Of a stretch of 64,000 nucleotides of DNA, positions 18,720 to 28,300 are shown in pieces. Both the position numbers and the translations under genes were made by a program. Numbering within the stretch: position 1 is the stretch's first letter; the number at the start of each line of letters is the position of its first letter. Source of the DNA: a virus (Duplodnaviria > Caudoviricetes); IMG/VR virus record IMGVR_UViG_2836862175_000007, positions 1 through 64,000 of that record, one strand, 5' to 3'. Under the pieces are notes generated by a model. It saw only the letters and a program-made list of their open reading frames with translations, ran no database searches and was not told the origin of the DNA.

Positions 18720-19478
18720 GCGAGACGTGAACGACGAGACGGCGGGTCGTGCCCCGGTTACACGGAGGGCACGGGGCGCGCGGGGCGGAACTCATGTCCC
18801 GGTACGGGCACCCAGCTCCATCCGGTCGAACTCCGGAATCGCTACCGGAAGTTCGACTCCCCTCGGAGAGGGGCGATCGAGACCGGCCGGGGCCGGAAGC
18901 CGCGGCACCACCGCCGCGAGCAACTTTCCGCAAATCCTCACACAAACAGCACGTTACGTCGCGGCGGGCGTGGTATTCTCGGTTCCGGCCGGTTCGCGTT
19001 CGGCCACCATTCCGGGTTTTAACACCGGGATTCCGTGGTAGCGGGCGACCAGCGAACGGCCCCCGAACCGACAGCTAATGTCCCGTTGTTGCCCCACCGG
19101 AAGCCGGTACCGAAGGGATTCCCGGCTCCCCGGGCGACCGAGAATCGACCGGCCCAATGCGGTTACTTCCGATTCCGGTTCCAACTTGGGGGCCGATGCG
19201 GTACAAAGTCCGGATCACTCGCGCGGCTCGCCACTTCGCCCGGAACCGGTAACGCCGAGAAACGCCCGGTTTAACCCGAACCCGGAAGGACTTCGGGTCA
19301 AAAGTCCGATCGTCGAAAGTCGTAAGGTCACAGATCCGGTGTGAATGATGGTTCGTGACGTTACGACTTGCTGACCGGACGACTCGTGACCCGGAGCCGT
19401 AACGCTCCCCATCTATCTGATGGCACCGGGCACGTGTAACGGGGCCTGATACATGAGCCCGCCGTGGGTGTCACTTTC

Positions 19479-19542
19479 TGACGAGCCGCGACCGCCAGGG
19501 AGCGCGGTACGTGCCACCGCTCCCGGCGGTCGCGGCTCGTCA
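19479..19542. repeat. Palindromic REP/MITE-like repeat, family A
   Basis: TGACGAGCCGCGACCGCC...GGCGGTCGCGGCTCGTCA; also at 20118 and 60995. Confidence 0.85.
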
Positions 19543-19737
19543 AGAAATGCGACACGACCACCGTGTACGTGTATGAAACAAGCCCCTTGCCGCGGTCCGA
19601 GACGTGAGCTGCGGCAGCCGGCGTGCAATATCACGACCGCGGAGAGGCAAATTAAAAAAGCTTAATTCAACTCGACTTGTTCGGTATGTGTGAGTACAAG
19701 GATGAAAACCGCCCTGAATTTCACCTAGGACAATAAC

Positions 19738-19926
19738 ATGCTTGGTTTCAGCCGATCGTGTCCGAAGTGTCAGAGCCGGGATTTCTGGCTGCGGCGCAAC
19801 CCGAAGCTCCGCGCCCTGCGGCTGGTGTGCGTCCACGCGCTGCGGTGCCGCGCCTGCCACACCTGCGTCTGGCGGGTGGCCCCGTGGTGGTCCAAGCAAG
19901 GCACCACGGTAGCAACAACCCGTTAG
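19738..19926 (+). CDS. Small zinc-ribbon protein
   Basis: CPKC...RCRAC; AGGA upstream. Confidence 0.5.
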   Translation: MLGFSRSCPKCQSRDFWLRRNPKLRALRLVCVHALRCRACHTCVWRVAPWWSKQGTTVATTR

Positions 19927-20117
19927 AAGCCGGACCGCACCTCCTCTCCCCGCGACTCGCCCGTTTACAGAACTGCAGCGTTTCGATCACCTCTCGCGAT
20001 CCCGCGGCGGCGCTTCGCCCGTCACGCGGCCGGTCCACGCCTCGTCACGTCCGAGCCGCCCCCGTCGCGCCAAGCTCCCCGTTCCGAATTCACGTGCCCA
20101 CCTGCGATGTCGCTTTC

Positions 20118-20183
20118 TTGACGAGCCGCGACCGCCAGGGAGCGGGTACGTGGCACCGATCCCTGGCGGTCGCGGCTCGTCAA
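20118..20183. repeat. Palindromic REP/MITE-like repeat, family A
   Basis: Near-identical to 19479-19542 and 60995-61065. Confidence 0.85.
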
Positions 20184-20450
20184 CACAAGCGACACCGCAG
20201 ATGGGTTCATGTCTGAGACCGCGGCGGGCGCGGGGCCGCACCGCTGACGAGCAGCGCCATTCAGATTGCGCCACGGCGCGAATTATCATCCTTCATCACA
20301 AGAGCAGCGCTAACAACGATTTACGGCGCTAATTTATTGACCACTTCGGCTTCGCGATCTAGTTTCCTGTACCGCCTGAGCGACTCGCGAACGCAAGTAG
20401 GCACCCGAGTGGTCAACACCCCTGAGTCTCCGAAATCGAAAGGGTTTCTG

Positions 20451-21734
20451 ATGAAGTTCTGGAGCACCCGCCGAGCGCCCCAAGCCCCCCGCGCCGCTTC
20501 CCCCCTGCGATTCGAGGCCCTCGAAGATCGGTCGGTCCCGAGCGCCGCGGACGTGGTGACGATCGACCCCGCGTACCGCGAGTTCCTGGGCCGCGACATC
20601 GACCAAACCGGGAAGGTGTACTACGCCCAGCGGCTCGACGCCGGCGCGACGTCCGCACAGGTGGCGCTTGAGATTCAGAACTCCGACGAGGGCCAGGCGT
20701 TCAAGGTGACCGAAGCGTTCGCCGAGCTGCTCGGCCGCGCGCCGGGCGACCGGGCCGCGGGCTTCATCACCGGCCTGCGCCAGGGGATGACGCAGGACCA
20801 GATCCGGGCCGCCATCGCCGCCTCGGACGAGTTCTTCCAGCTCAAGGGCGGCGGCACCAACGCGGGCTACCTGAGCGCGCTTTACCAGGCCGCCCTGGGG
20901 CGCGACATCGGGAGCGGCGAGCTGGCGACCCGGACGGCCCAGCTCCAGTCCGGTGTGTCGCGCCTGCAGGTGGCCCGCGACGTGTACGCGAGCCAGGAGC
21001 GCGCCACCCGGGTGGTGAACGAGCTGTACGTCGATTTGCTCGGCCGCACGGGGGAAAGCGCCGGCGTGAGCAACTGGGTCGGCCAGTTACAGTCCGGGGT
21101 GCGCGTCGAGGTGATCGCGTCACGGTTCGTCGCTACGGCCGAGTACTTCGACCTCGCGATCCGCGGCCTGCTGCCCACGGGCACCGGCCCCGCGGGACCG
21201 CAAGGGCCGGCGGGACCGGCCGGAGCGGATGGTGCGGATGGCGTGGATGGCGCCCCGGGCGCGCAAGGGCCGCAGGGGCCGCAAGGGCTGCAAGGGCCGG
21301 CGGGCACGAACGGCACGAACGGCGCGGGCGTGTCGGCGAGTTTTTCGGCTTACCAGCTCGCCACCATTGCCGACTCGACCGTTGTTGGCGGGGCCGACGT
21401 TCCCTTCTCGAACAACGGCGCCGCCATCAGCGGTGATGTTACGCACACCGCCGGGACCACCACCTTCACGGTCAATACGACCGGAACGTACCGGCTGACC
21501 GCGATCTTGAACTACACCGCCGGCGTGGGTGCGGCGATCGCATTTGCGGTCAACGGCTCCTCGCGCCCCGGGTCGACCCCGCTGCTCACGGCCACCGGGC
21601 AGGTCGTACTCGATACGACAGTGACCTTCGCTGCCGGCGATGTGGTTACGCTCCGGAACAACAGCGCCACCCCCCTGGTGATGACGCTGGCGCCTGGTGC
21701 GGGGGCGACGCTCACCATCGACCGCATCGCTTGA
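20451..21734 (+). CDS. Surface protein: planctomycete leader, DUF4214-like repeats, collagen-like GXY, BclA-C-like domain
   Basis: [13 protein letters not shown]; LY..LLGR repeats; [10 protein letters not shown] run; C-terminal beta domain GDVVTLRN. Confidence 0.8.
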   Translation: MKFWSTRRAPQAPRAASPLRFEALEDRSVPSAADVVTIDPAYREFLGRDIDQTGKVYYAQRLDAGATSAQVALEIQNSDEGQAFKVTEAFAELLGRAPGDRAAGFITGLRQGMTQDQIRAAIAASDEFFQLKGGGTNAGYLSALYQAALGRDIGSGELATRTAQLQSGVSRLQVARDVYASQERATRVVNELYVDLLGRTGESAGVSNWVGQLQSGVRVEVIASRFVATAEYFDLAIRGLLPTGTGPAGPQGPAGPAGADGADGVDGAPGAQGPQGPQGLQGPAGTNGTNGAGVSASFSAYQLATIADSTVVGGADVPFSNNGAAISGDVTHTAGTTTFTVNTTGTYRLTAILNYTAGVGAAIAFAVNGSSRPGSTPLLTATGQVVLDTTVTFAAGDVVTLRNNSATPLVMTLAPGAGATLTIDRIA

Positions 21735-21825
21735 TGCCGGACCGCGGCCGTGGCTCGGTCACGGCCCGTTCGGAGGTGCGGGCACCCACACCTCCGAACG
21801 GGCCGGGTGGTTGTGTCTGTTTCTT

Positions 21826-21889
21826 GTGGCACAGACATTCCTGTCTGTGCGGCGACTGAAGGCCGCACAGACAGGAATGTCTGTGCCAC
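21826..21889. repeat. REP-like inverted pair
   Basis: GTGGCACAGACATTCCTGTCTGTGC ... GCACAGACAGGAATGTCTGTGCCAC. Confidence 0.85.
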
Positions 21890-21927
21890 GAAGGCAGCAG
21901 CCAAAGTCGGGATGCGAAGACCGTTCT

Positions 21928-21998
21928 GACGGGATCGACAGGATGAACAGGATTTAAAATCAGCCTGTCTTCATCCTGTTAATCCTGTCGATCCTGTC
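21928..21998. repeat. Inverted ACAGGAT / ATCCTGT 9-bp-period repeat
   Basis: gacaggatgaacaggat ... atcctgttaatcctgtcgatcctgtc. Confidence 0.75.
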
Positions 21999-22052
21999 AA
22001 AAACGGCCTTCCCAAGCGTGCGCCCGAACGCCCGGGTGCGGCCCGCGGGCGG

Positions 22053-22877
22053 TCACTCGGTGGCGGGGCTGAGGCCGTCCCGGCGGTCCCCCAGCGCGAC
22101 GAGCACGTCGGTCGGCAGCCCGTACCGGACGTGCCGGACGGACCCGTCGCCGAACACCGCGTTCATCCCGGTGCGGTGCGCGGAACCGAACTCGTACCCG
22201 GTGTTCTGCGCCCGGTCCCGGCCGAACGGGGCCGCCGTCAGGCTCACGATGTCGTTGTCCCACGCGTCCGCGTACCCCTGGTCGTCGCACCAGTCCCCCG
22301 TCTGGTACCGCTCCGTGTGGAGCCGCTTCTCGCCGATCACCAGCGTGTTCGACAGCCCGTCGGTGACGGACTCCGTGGTGGTCCGCAGCGGGTTCCGCAC
22401 GATCACCCCGTAGTACGGCCCCGCCTCCTCCGCGCCGCCGCCGGGACCGGTGGCGCTCGCGTAATCGATCAGCCCGCGGCCGGCGACCGCGAGGGGCGCG
22501 CGCCGGGCCGGGCAGAAGTACCCCGGCACGACCACCGAGACGACCGACGGCCCGCTCCGGTACGCCGTGTCCAGCTCCAGGTACGGGAGCAGTTGGAACG
22601 CCCAGCCGGCGTTCTGGGACGAGAGCCACGCCGGGGTTTTGCCGACGTAGGTGGGCGGCTTGGTCCAGTGCCCCCCGCCGCTCGGGAAGTAGCCGACGGC
22701 CTCGTGGTGGGTGTGCAGGGCGAGGCCGATTTGCCTCAGGTTGTTGCTGCACGACATCCGGGCGGCGGCCTCGCGCACCTTCTGAACGGCGGGCAGCAGC
22801 AGGCCGATCAAAAGGGCGACGATCGCGATGACGACCAGCAGTTCGATGAGCGTGAAGGCGCGGCGTGCGCGGGACAT
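22053..22877 (-). CDS. DUF1559 prepilin-type (PulG-like) protein
   Basis: [13 protein letters not shown]...[25 protein letters not shown]; H-X9-DG motif [12 protein letters not shown]. Confidence 0.95.
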   Translation of the reverse strand: MSRARRAFTLIELLVVIAIVALLIGLLLPAVQKVREAAARMSCSNNLRQIGLALHTHHEAVGYFPSGGGHWTKPPTYVGKTPAWLSSQNAGWAFQLLPYLELDTAYRSGPSVVSVVVPGYFCPARRAPLAVAGRGLIDYASATGPGGGAEEAGPYYGVIVRNPLRTTTESVTDGLSNTLVIGEKRLHTERYQTGDWCDDQGYADAWDNDIVSLTAAPFGRDRAQNTGYEFGSAHRTGMNAVFGDGSVRHVRYGLPTDVLVALGDRRDGLSPATE

Positions 22878-23435
22878 CCTCGGTCTCCGGGTGACGATTC
22901 GGGGAACACCCACGACCGTAGCGCGCGTTGCCCCCCGCCGGCCGGCGGGCGAGGGGCGGGGGGCGGAAATAGGGGTCCGCCTGACGCGGAAAATGGGCCG
23001 GCAAAAGAAATGTCCACAGTCGCGCAAATGACTATCGCACGCTCGCCAACTCGATTGTTTAACTTAGGAAACATGGGCTGTTTCCGCCCGGAAGCCGTGT
23101 TAACGCCGCGTAACCGGGCACCTGAACCCCGCGGCGGCGCCCGTTCCGGCGAGCCGCGGCTGCCGAGTAACGAGGTATGCCCACACAGAAAGCGCCGCGG
23201 CAGGCGGACCCGGACGGACCCGTTGTAAACTTGCTGAGCGCCCCCGTCCGAAACCGGCGACCATTGGGGAACTTCGCACGGTGGGTTCGATGGCTTACCG
23301 CCGGCGCCACCGCTCCGCGCCCGACCGTCGCCGCATAACTCGGGAGCGGCCGGGCGCGTGCCCGCGTTCGCCGCCGCACAAGCGGGACAATAAACTCACC
23401 ACTAGCCGCCACGGAGTTGACCGGAGATCGCCCGC

Positions 23436-23947
23436 GTGAACCGTCTGCCCGCCGTCGATGCACTCCGGGGCGCGGCCGCGCTGGCGGTGGTGCTGTTCCA
23501 CTACACGGAGTTTTTCGCCCTGTTCGAGGTGCCCGCCGGTCCCGCCGGATCGGCCGTTCTCGCGGTGACGCGGTGCGGCCACCTGGGGGGGCCGGTGTTC
23601 TTCGCCCTCAGCGGGTACGTGATCGCGTCGACCGCCCAGCGGTACCAGTTCACGCCCGGCACCGGGTTCCGTTTCGTGCTGCGAAGGCTGGTCCGGACCG
23701 TGTCCCTGTGCTGGGCCATGCTGACGTTTATTACGCTGAGCATCCTGGCGGGCACGCGGTGGGGCTGTTCAAGAACACCACGGTTTCGTTCGACCAGTTG
23801 CTCGCGCACATGGTGTACGCGCAGGAGGTCCTGGGTTACACCGCGCTGGACGTGGCGTACTGGACGCTCTGCCTGGAGGTCCAGTTCTACCGGGTGTTCA
23901 CCGCGTCCGCGGTCGCGGTGCGCGCGTGGCCCGGTTCGCGGCCCTGA
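23436..23947 (+). pseudogene. Frameshifted, truncated acyltransferase-3
   Basis: DALRGAAALAVVLFH and FFALSGYVI in one frame; YWTLCLEVQFY in another. Confidence 0.75.
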
Positions 23948-24176
23948 GCGCCGCGCCGGTCGCCGCCGGACCACATCCAAAACACGAATTATGTTCACAT
24001 CAATAAATATGGCCTTATTGAGCCGGTTACGCACGGGGCCGTCGGGGTGCCCTGCGGAACGGCGGGTTGCGCGCGGCTGCACCCGGCCAGCGCCCCCCTT
24101 TTCGGGCTAAAAACCTAACAATCACACGAATCAATAAAATTACATCATTGTAGTCACAGCGTGTCAGAGGCCATTC

Positions 24177-25268
24177 ATGAGTAACGGCGTTCCCGCACCC
24201 AGTCCGGTTTCACCGCGGACACACATCCCGGCACTCGACGTGCTTCGCGCGGCGGCGATCGTGTGGGTCGTCCTGCGGCACACGCACGGGGGCGGATACC
24301 TGCCGGAGCACCTGAACCCAAATATCGGGAGGCTCCTGTCATCCGGAGATGCGGGCGTAGACCTGTTCTTTGTTTTGAGCGGCTACCTGATCGCGACGAT
24401 CGTACTGGGTGAAGCGGGGGCGAGCGGCCGGCTCGACGTCCGGCGCTTCTGGTACCGCCGCTGGATGCGCACGCTCCCGGCCTATTACGTCATGCTGGCC
24501 CTGATCGCGCTCGGCGACCTCGTTTATACGGCAGCGGGGTCGTGGTCGCCGCGGTGGAGCTACCTCGTCTTCATGCAATCAACGCTGATCGGGTTCGATA
24601 ACATGCGGTTCGCCTGGTCCTGGTCGCTTTGCGTAGAAGAGCTGTTCTACCTCATCCTGCCGGTGCTGGTGGTGGGGGCGCTGCGGCTGCGCGTTCCCGC
24701 GCGGGCGGCCCTCCGGCTGATCGCCTGCGGCGCAATCGTGATGTCCGTTGCCGGCCGGGCGGCGCTGGGGATGTACGGCGCGGCCGGCAGCCACACGCCC
24801 GGGTACGGCGTGCCGTATTGCCGGATGGACGGACTCGCGGTGGGCCTGCTGATCGCGACCCTGGGACCGGGCCGCAGCGCCGCCACCTCGACGTTCCTCG
24901 GCCTGCTCGCCACCGCGGCCCTTGCGGTTTACGTCTGGGCCGACCAGCCGGAGTGGTTCAAGGACCAGCGATTCCTCCCGCTCTCGCTGATCTTTGGTGC
25001 CATGGTCTATGCCGGCATTTCCGCGGGGCCGTGGCGCAACCTGCGGGTTCCGGGGGCGTCCGGCGTTGCGGCCCTGTCGTACGCGATTTACCTGCTGCAC
25101 CCGGTCATCGCGGTCGTAGTGATGAAGTTCGTGAGCGCCGCCTGGCCGATCAAAGTGCTCGCGTTCTGGTCCGTGTCTCTGGTCGCGGCGCTGGCGATGC
25201 GTTACGCAGTGGAGCTGCCGGCGCTCCGGTGGCGGGACCGGCGCAAGGCCGTAACCGAACAGAAGTAG
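24177..25268 (+). CDS. Acyltransferase-3 (OafA-like)
   Basis: LDVLRA, GVDLFFVLSGYLI, RRWMRTLPAY, WSLCVEELFY, SYAIYLLH. Confidence 0.93.
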   Translation: MSNGVPAPSPVSPRTHIPALDVLRAAAIVWVVLRHTHGGGYLPEHLNPNIGRLLSSGDAGVDLFFVLSGYLIATIVLGEAGASGRLDVRRFWYRRWMRTLPAYYVMLALIALGDLVYTAAGSWSPRWSYLVFMQSTLIGFDNMRFAWSWSLCVEELFYLILPVLVVGALRLRVPARAALRLIACGAIVMSVAGRAALGMYGAAGSHTPGYGVPYCRMDGLAVGLLIATLGPGRSAATSTFLGLLATAALAVYVWADQPEWFKDQRFLPLSLIFGAMVYAGISAGPWRNLRVPGASGVAALSYAIYLLHPVIAVVVMKFVSAAWPIKVLAFWSVSLVAALAMRYAVELPALRWRDRRKAVTEQK

Positions 25269-25552
25269 TTGAAGGCCGACCGCTGAAGTACGGGCTGGTA
25301 GGCTTGGTGCTGGTGGCATGCCTCCGCCGGGACACGTCCAGATCGGAGGCGAGTGTTGGGTTGGCAATCGCGCTCTCAACCGCCGCGGCGATCGGGCTTG
25401 CCTATCTGCTCTACCTCTGTGGCGAGAAGGCGGTAATCCGCTTGTCCCGCAGGGTACAAGTTTAATCGCGTCTGCCCCACAGCGACTCAGTTCAAGTGAA
25501 ATTGCCCCCATTACCGAGTTCCACCTAATAGCCTCCATTCAAATCAGCCATT

Positions 25553-26503
25553 ATGCAAAAAAATCGCGATGGCCGCTCAGACGAACTCAAGGCAGTAGCC
25601 ATTGTGGCCGTCGTATGCATCCATGCAGGTCTTCCGTATGCCGATATTCTCAGGTTTTGCGTACCAGTATTTCTGTCCATCTGGGCGTACCACTATGAAC
25701 AGGGGTTATCACGTCGCCAAGATCGCACTTGGACATACGCCCAACAGCGATTCGTCCGGTTGCTAATCCCATACTTATTTTGGACTGCTGTATACATACC
25801 ACTCTTTCACACAAGCAGCGAGTGGCGATCAGTTCCGCCGAACGTGATTGTGAATGGCTGGCTAGGCGGCTACGGCTGGTCCGGACAGTATTTCTTCATC
25901 ATACTGTTTCAATTAACATTGTTGTTTCCGCTATTGCGCCGCTACGCATCACCACTACCGCTGTGGATCGTTATAGCCGTGGGAGCGATCTGTAACCCAC
26001 TGGCCGACTATTACTTGTTCAGATCTTACGTTGCGTCAGGGGTAGGCGATAGGCTCTTCGTCTATTGGTTACCCTACGTATTCGTCGGAATTGGCCTCGC
26101 ACGTGGCACGATTCGACCGACGCTCTTACTGATGCCATTGGCTACTGCGACCCTCTTGACGCCAACTGAGTTCTCACAACTTTTGCTCACCGTCCCGCGA
26201 GCATCACCCTACCTAGTGGTCAGTGTCACAGTGGGGTCGCTTGCGATATTGCTTGCAATGGGGCCAACGACTCGTGAGCCCTCGCTGCGGCAACTGCGGT
26301 GGCGACAAGTGATCCAGTACATCGGGCGCAACAGCTTTTCGATTTTCCTATCGCACTTACTATTCTTGAATCTTGGCGGCGTCCTGTTTGACATGTCCAA
26401 TGTATCAATACGAGTTTTAATTACCGGTATTGCCATCATAGGCGGCCTGGGGCTTGGAGTTGCTCTCAAGCGAATCCGCCTGGGAATTCTGGTTGGCCAG
26501 TAA
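25553..26503 (+). CDS. Acyltransferase-3, lower GC
   Basis: DELKAVAIVAVVCIH, RFCVPVF, RLLIPY, GRNSFSIFLSH. Confidence 0.88.
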   Translation: MQKNRDGRSDELKAVAIVAVVCIHAGLPYADILRFCVPVFLSIWAYHYEQGLSRRQDRTWTYAQQRFVRLLIPYLFWTAVYIPLFHTSSEWRSVPPNVIVNGWLGGYGWSGQYFFIILFQLTLLFPLLRRYASPLPLWIVIAVGAICNPLADYYLFRSYVASGVGDRLFVYWLPYVFVGIGLARGTIRPTLLLMPLATATLLTPTEFSQLLLTVPRASPYLVVSVTVGSLAILLAMGPTTREPSLRQLRWRQVIQYIGRNSFSIFLSHLLFLNLGGVLFDMSNVSIRVLITGIAIIGGLGLGVALKRIRLGILVGQ

Positions 26504-26689
26504 TCGGCCTTATCAAGTTCGGCGCTAACGCCGGATGTCGGCGATGTGGACGATGGTCTGGGGCGCGGGCGTGGATGGTTTCGCAAGTGCTTCTGCGGCC
26601 CACAGAAGCGCCATTAAGTGTATTTAAATAAGACTTTTAAATCATCACACTTGCCTGTTTCAAACCATGCTCAGATTAGGCCGCCGCGA

Positions 26690-28003
26690 TTACATCGCCA
26701 GTGCGGTCGCCAGCCCCACCCCCACCAGACCGCCAATCGCGGTGTGCCCGGCCTGGATCGGGTGCGTGCCGTCGCCGGCGGTGCCCGCCGATGCGACGCT
26801 ACTCAAATCCACGATCACATCCCCATAAATCCCACCCGAGTTGCTCAAGAGCGCGGCGTTAGTAGCCGCCTGAGCAGCCGCAAATGCAGTGGCGTCCGTA
26901 CCACCGCTGAACAGGCTGGTGCGATTGATCACGGTGGGGCATACGCTCTTGAACCCGGCCGCCCTGGAGTCCGCCACCCACTGCGCATGAGACGCTAGTG
27001 TCGATGCGACACTAGCACCAGATGCAAGCGAGTTAGTTAGCTCCCACTGAACCGCAACGTTCTTGGTTCCGGCTTGATACCACGTCCCCCACATCGCCGC
27101 ATCGCGACTTTGGAGCGCGGACGTGGTAGCGCCAGAACTCCCCCAGTTGCGCCAATCATGGGCTGACACGCTGGCGGCGTCCGCAGCGATCGAGGCGAAC
27201 GGTGCAAATCCGGCAGACGCGCCGTATGTGATCGAGTTACCGGTGAAGATGACGTTAACGGACCGACTCGGGAGTGTGATCCCGAAGGTAGCCATACGGG
27301 CTTGAACCGCTGCCTGGAGTTGCGGGCCAGTGAGTCCGGTCGCCCACACGTCAAGCTGCGCGAGATCCCCCCCCGAATTCACCCCGGAGATGGTCCCGAT
27401 TCCGATTGCCGGCCTCGTTCCGGCGGCTAATGGCGTGGCGCTGGCGCGAGCCAACCGCCCGTTGACACACCACTGATATCCGCTCGCCACACTCGTGAAC
27501 CCGATCACCCAGAAACCGGTCAGTGGCGCGCCGTACTCGCTCGGCAGGTAGCTCCCCAAACTACCAATCTCAGGGCGCTGATATCCGTTAATCAAATGCA
27601 GCCCCGCGCTACCGAAGTTATCAGCGGTCGTGAGCACGTTCACGCATGAAGCCCGATCCGTCCGGCGCCTCTCGTAAACGATTACCATCGCGTGGTTTTG
27701 CATATCCAGGGGCGCCGGCAGCACTCCGCCGATCAGTACCGCTGCGTCGGCGCGCACCGCGTGTTTCCCAATGCCGGCCGCGTCCTTCTGATATGTGCAA
27801 AAATTCGACCCAATGTCCGTTAGTTTTCCTCCGCCTACACCTGTCCAGCACTTTACTAATTGGCCGGTCGCCGTCGCCGGGGTAGTACCGGCCGTGTCTG
27901 TGAAGTGACCGCCGGTAGACAGCCATGATTCCTGTGGCGATGGCACGGTAATGCCGCCCGTCCGCCGCAACTGATTGATCGCCAGCCCCACGCCCGATTT
28001 CAT
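26690..28003 (-). CDS. Putative head fibre with C-terminal SGNH/GDSL hydrolase domain
   Basis: FTGNSITYG, NWGSSG, DGTHP; N-terminal GVGLAI peptide; directly after the spike-base gene. Confidence 0.72.
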   Translation of the reverse strand: MKSGVGLAINQLRRTGGITVPSPQESWLSTGGHFTDTAGTTPATATGQLVKCWTGVGGGKLTDIGSNFCTYQKDAAGIGKHAVRADAAVLIGGVLPAPLDMQNHAMVIVYERRRTDRASCVNVLTTADNFGSAGLHLINGYQRPEIGSLGSYLPSEYGAPLTGFWVIGFTSVASGYQWCVNGRLARASATPLAAGTRPAIGIGTISGVNSGGDLAQLDVWATGLTGPQLQAAVQARMATFGITLPSRSVNVIFTGNSITYGASAGFAPFASIAADAASVSAHDWRNWGSSGATTSALQSRDAAMWGTWYQAGTKNVAVQWELTNSLASGASVASTLASHAQWVADSRAAGFKSVCPTVINRTSLFSGGTDATAFAAAQAATNAALLSNSGGIYGDVIVDLSSVASAGTAGDGTHPIQAGHTAIGGLVGVGLATALAM

Positions 28004-28013
28004 CGCGCTCCCC

Positions 28014-28256
28014 TCATGCGTAGGCGACGATGTCGGCGGCGGTGGTGCCCGTGGCGTTCACGCGCACGCCCTCGACCGGCAGGCACTCGCCGCCCTGGCA
28101 GTTCTTGAACGTGACCGCGGCGCCGTCCTTTCGCACCACCACCACGTCCCCGGCGGCGCCGATCCGCAAGGACCGGAACGCGCGCGGGGCGTTCGCCGTG
28201 TTGCTCGGGGTGACCGCGAAATAGTAGTCGCTCGGGTCCGATAGGCTCGCCGGCAT
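28014..28256 (-). CDS. Head spike base protein (RcGTA Rcc01079-like)
   Basis: 80 aa: FAVTPSN...RSLRIGAAGDVVV...G..VTFKN...LPV...RVNATGTTAADIVA. Confidence 0.82.
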   Translation of the reverse strand: MPASLSDPSDYYFAVTPSNTANAPRAFRSLRIGAAGDVVVVRKDGAAVTFKNCQGGECLPVEGVRVNATGTTAADIVAYA

Positions 28257-28276
28257 GTCCGCATCCTCCACAGGTT

Positions 28277-28290
28277 CCCGGCCGATGGCA
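28277..28290 (-). promoter_or_regulatory. Conserved motif TGCCATCGGCCGGG, copy 2
   Basis: 20 nt upstream of ATG at 28256; GGAGG between. Confidence 0.75.
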
Positions 28291-28300
28291 CGCGACACAA

